Shown here: positions 60,934 to 64,000 of the stretch, one piece after another
How positions within the stretch are numbered: position 1 is the stretch's first letter
How the letters are laid out: every line of letters begins with the position of its first letter
From: the human T2T-CHM13v2.0 reference genome, Homo sapiens
Length of the DNA: 64,000 bases
Reading direction: 5' to 3' (one strand)
Assembly: GCF_009914755.1 (NCBI RefSeq)
Contig: NC_060936.1
Program-made: the position numbers and the translations under genes
Notes under the pieces: generated by a model
What the model saw: only the letters and a program-made list of their open reading frames with translations
Databases searched by the model: none
Told to the model about the DNA's origin: nothing

Positions 60934-61621
60934 TGTGATAGGCAGAATTCTAAGAAGGTCCCAATATTCCTGCCTCATTGTGTAATCTCCTTCTCTTGAG
61001 AATATACAGGCCTTATCCATCTGGTGAGAAATCACTCTGGTGATTATATTAAGTTATATGGCAGAAGGGATTTTACAGATGTAATTAAGGTACTTAATCC
61101 ATTGATTTTTAATTATTAAAAGGAGAGATAATCTTAGGTGGCTTGAAACAATCAGATGAGCCCTTAAAAGTGGCCAGAGAGGTTCAAAGTGAGATTCTCC
61201 TGTTGGCCTTAAAGGAGCAAGCTGCCATGTTTTGGAGAGGTTATGTGTTAAGAACTTCTAAGGCCTCAAAAGGGCCCCTAGTTAACATCCAGCAAGAAAG
61301 CTGAGAATGTAATCCTACAACCATGAAGAACTAAATTCTGCCAACAACAGATGAGGTTGGAAATGGATGCTGAGATCCAGATGAGAACACAGCTAGACTG
61401 ACACTTTTGTTTCAGCCTTGTGAGACCCTAAAAAGAGAACCCAGTTACACCATTCCCAGGCTTCTGACCTATAGAAAATATGGGATAATGTGTCTTTTGA
61501 AGTCACTATGTTTGTGATAACTGGTGGTCAGGGAGCTCCCACTGTGTGGTACATAGAGACTTATGTCCACAAGCCACTAGGTTTACATTATCTTGCTACA
61601 CAGCAATAGAAAACTAGTATA
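60934..61621 (+). mobile_element. MLT1D/E-like solo LTR
   Basis: TGTGATAGGCAGAATTCTAAG...GGGATTTTACAGATGTAATTAAGGT...AATTCTGCCAACAAC...CAGCAATAGAAAACTAGTATA. Confidence 0.82.
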
Positions 61622-63244
61622 GTGTCTTCTCTGGTAATGTCAGTTTCTAAAGTAACAAACCTGATGCAGTTTGACTTTTCAGGCAGTCATTATCCCTGCT
61701 AAATACTAGTTTTATGTTTACTCAAACATGTATTTCTATGTAGTGAAGAAGAGAATACAAGTTCTGGGTCTATCCTGCTTAGAAGTATGTAACATGCTAG
61801 AAGTTTAAAAAAGGATCATAAATTAGATTGGGTGAAATACACACTTTACAAAGGAAAAATTGAAGGACTACGTTTTCAATCAATACTTCAAAAGCTGGTT
61901 GCAATAATTTTGCAAACACATTTTAATTCTATTAGAGCTTACCTATAAGTAGATTATTCAGATTCATTTGCATTATAATCTTGCACTATTCCTTTCTCCT
62001 TTCCTCCAGAATTTTGATTATTTTATTGTTTTTGAGCAGAACGTGAACAATGCCAGGGAATATTCTCAAAAAAATCTTTTAAATTTTATTAACATATGTG
62101 ATCAAGAATTTAGTGAAGGACAAGGATGAAGTTAATGTTTGAAAATTGAGTTACAGTACTGTAGTACTTGTGGTAACATGGCAAGTTAAAACAAATTATA
62201 AAAACCTTAATTTTGAAATATGGTCCTGTTAAGCCAAAGTCCTTTTTATAAAAGCTGCAAAATGAGAATTTTTAGCTAATGAGTGAGACTTGGCAGGACA
62301 TAAATGGAAATATGTTTTATTGGCCAACATGTTCTGGAGGCATATGAGTGTCTAAATAGATGATGCTCAAAAGAATATTTTTGTCATGAAAGTGCCTGAA
62401 AACATTTTGATCAGAAATTTGATTGCCATATGTCCATATCCTCCAACTTAAACGACGAGCATACTTCAGGTCTCTTGAGATTTCTCTCCCTTGCAATACT
62501 GACTCTTATCATTAAGCACCAGGGCTTGCAAAATGAGTTGTTTTCCTTACTTTCATAATTATCCTAGTATATTGACTATTTCAATATAAACTGTCTGGAA
62601 TTTGAGCTCAAATAATGATTTACTGAATCTCTGTATTGAGAAAATCAGCCATGTTTAGTGCTTGGTCTTGAACAGTGCTTCTGAATACCACTGTCATGAC
62701 ACAGAATCATTACGCTTGCCATATGCAGATTCATTTTTAGTCATAGATGTTCATTTTTCATCTAAACTTTTAGTTTATAAACCTTTAAAGTCCATTATAT
62801 GTCATTTTCATTTTTGTTTTTCTGAACCTTTAAAATGGAATGTAACAGAAAATATTTGTGAATACATTACTGAATAACAGGTTAGGTATTTTATTTAATA
62901 CAAATCGATGTATTTTAATAAAATATGCAGATATCACCACAGGTAGAAATATTAATTTTGGGGGAAGATATTTGGGCCTGGGACTTTTCTAATGCATTAG
63001 AAACCCTCAAATCACTTAAAATATATGATGAGGTAGAGAACATTTTAGTATTTTTCCAGTTCATCTCCCCATATGCTTCAATCTTTTTTTTCAGATGTCA
63101 TGAACACATTTAACATTTATAAGTGTGTGTGCACAAGTAATTTGTAATATGGAAGTTAAGAGCAGCAACTTTTTCATTTGCATTCACTTTATAGATATGA
63201 CACTCTTAAATACTCATTATAGGCAATTGATGGTTGCATTTTTT

Positions 63245-63312
63245 CAAAAATAGGCTTTGTTTTTAGAGAAGTTTTAGGTTTACAGAAAAAGTAAGTGAAA
63301 AGTACAGAGACA
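63245..63312 (-). mobile_element. Extreme 3' fragment of an old L1M
   Basis: TTTTAGAGAAGTTTTAGGTTTACAGAAAAA...AAAGTACAGAGA. Confidence 0.55.
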
Positions 63313-64000
63313 AAGTTTGCATTTTTGTTATAAATTCTTTTATTTTTGTTTTCAGATCTTGTGGACCTCATTTTTGCAATTTTTATCCTCCATTTTATCT
63401 TTTAAATCAAAGTTTTCACTTTGCCTTATTTTTTTTTAATGTCCACTCTTTGAGTATCTGAGCTCCTAACATGGATGTCTTATTATGGAACCCTGAGAAT
63501 CATGTAATAAAAGGCTTCATCAAAATGAAATATAATTGATTGATTTATACTACAAGCAAGGTTGGCATTTCTCCTAGGCAGCAGTAGAAAGGGTTCAGTC
63601 AGGAGCTCAAGTGCCATAATTGAAAATAGAAGGTTTTATATTTAATACTTTACCTACTGAAAAGAGGAAATTTCTCTTGCATTAGATAGCTTGAGGCCTC
63701 AATCTCCTATCTGATAGTGTCTGGGCCCATTTAAATTATATATCAAGTTAAATAGCTTCCTGGCTGGTAGACATTTATGAGTAGAATTTTGAATGATTTC
63801 AATCTTTCAGTCTAATAAAGGAGATAGTATATTTTAATGGTTTTTGTGTTTTCAAAGGACTTTATAGAGCTCAACAATGACTTAATACAAAGCATTTGGA
63901 AGACAAGAAGAATGGCTGGCTGAATCAGAGATGCATTAAGTAGTCTGCTCACAGTCTGTGCACCACAATCCTGATAATGGTGCATGGAATGACCTTGTGT

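Overview
AT-rich, CpG-poor primate genomic DNA. It is very likely human, because it carries an AluYa5 with all five diagnostic changes. I found no host protein-coding exon, RNA gene, CpG island or CRISPR array. The long ORFs in the track are broken LINE-1 ORF1/ORF2 fragments; the rest are Alu antisense or chance ORFs. About a third of the window is five large L1 insertions (L1PA7/8-like, L1PB1-like, a nested L1MA/MB pair, L1PA3-like, L1MA4A-like). There are also 12 Alu-family copies, many MaLR/ERV solo LTRs, several DNA-transposon MITEs and microsatellites. I see no evidence of a new biological system. The notable observations are retrotransposition-mechanism footprints: a TSD-bounded short L1 3' transduction, an ancient twin-primed 5'-inverted L1 interrupted by a near full-length L1, an L1 with both ends but a large internal deletion, and young AluYa5 and AluYd-type copies. 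A few unique segments could be non-coding exons or enhancers. Subfamily names come from my recall of consensus sequences, not from an alignment, and boundaries of old repeats are approximate.
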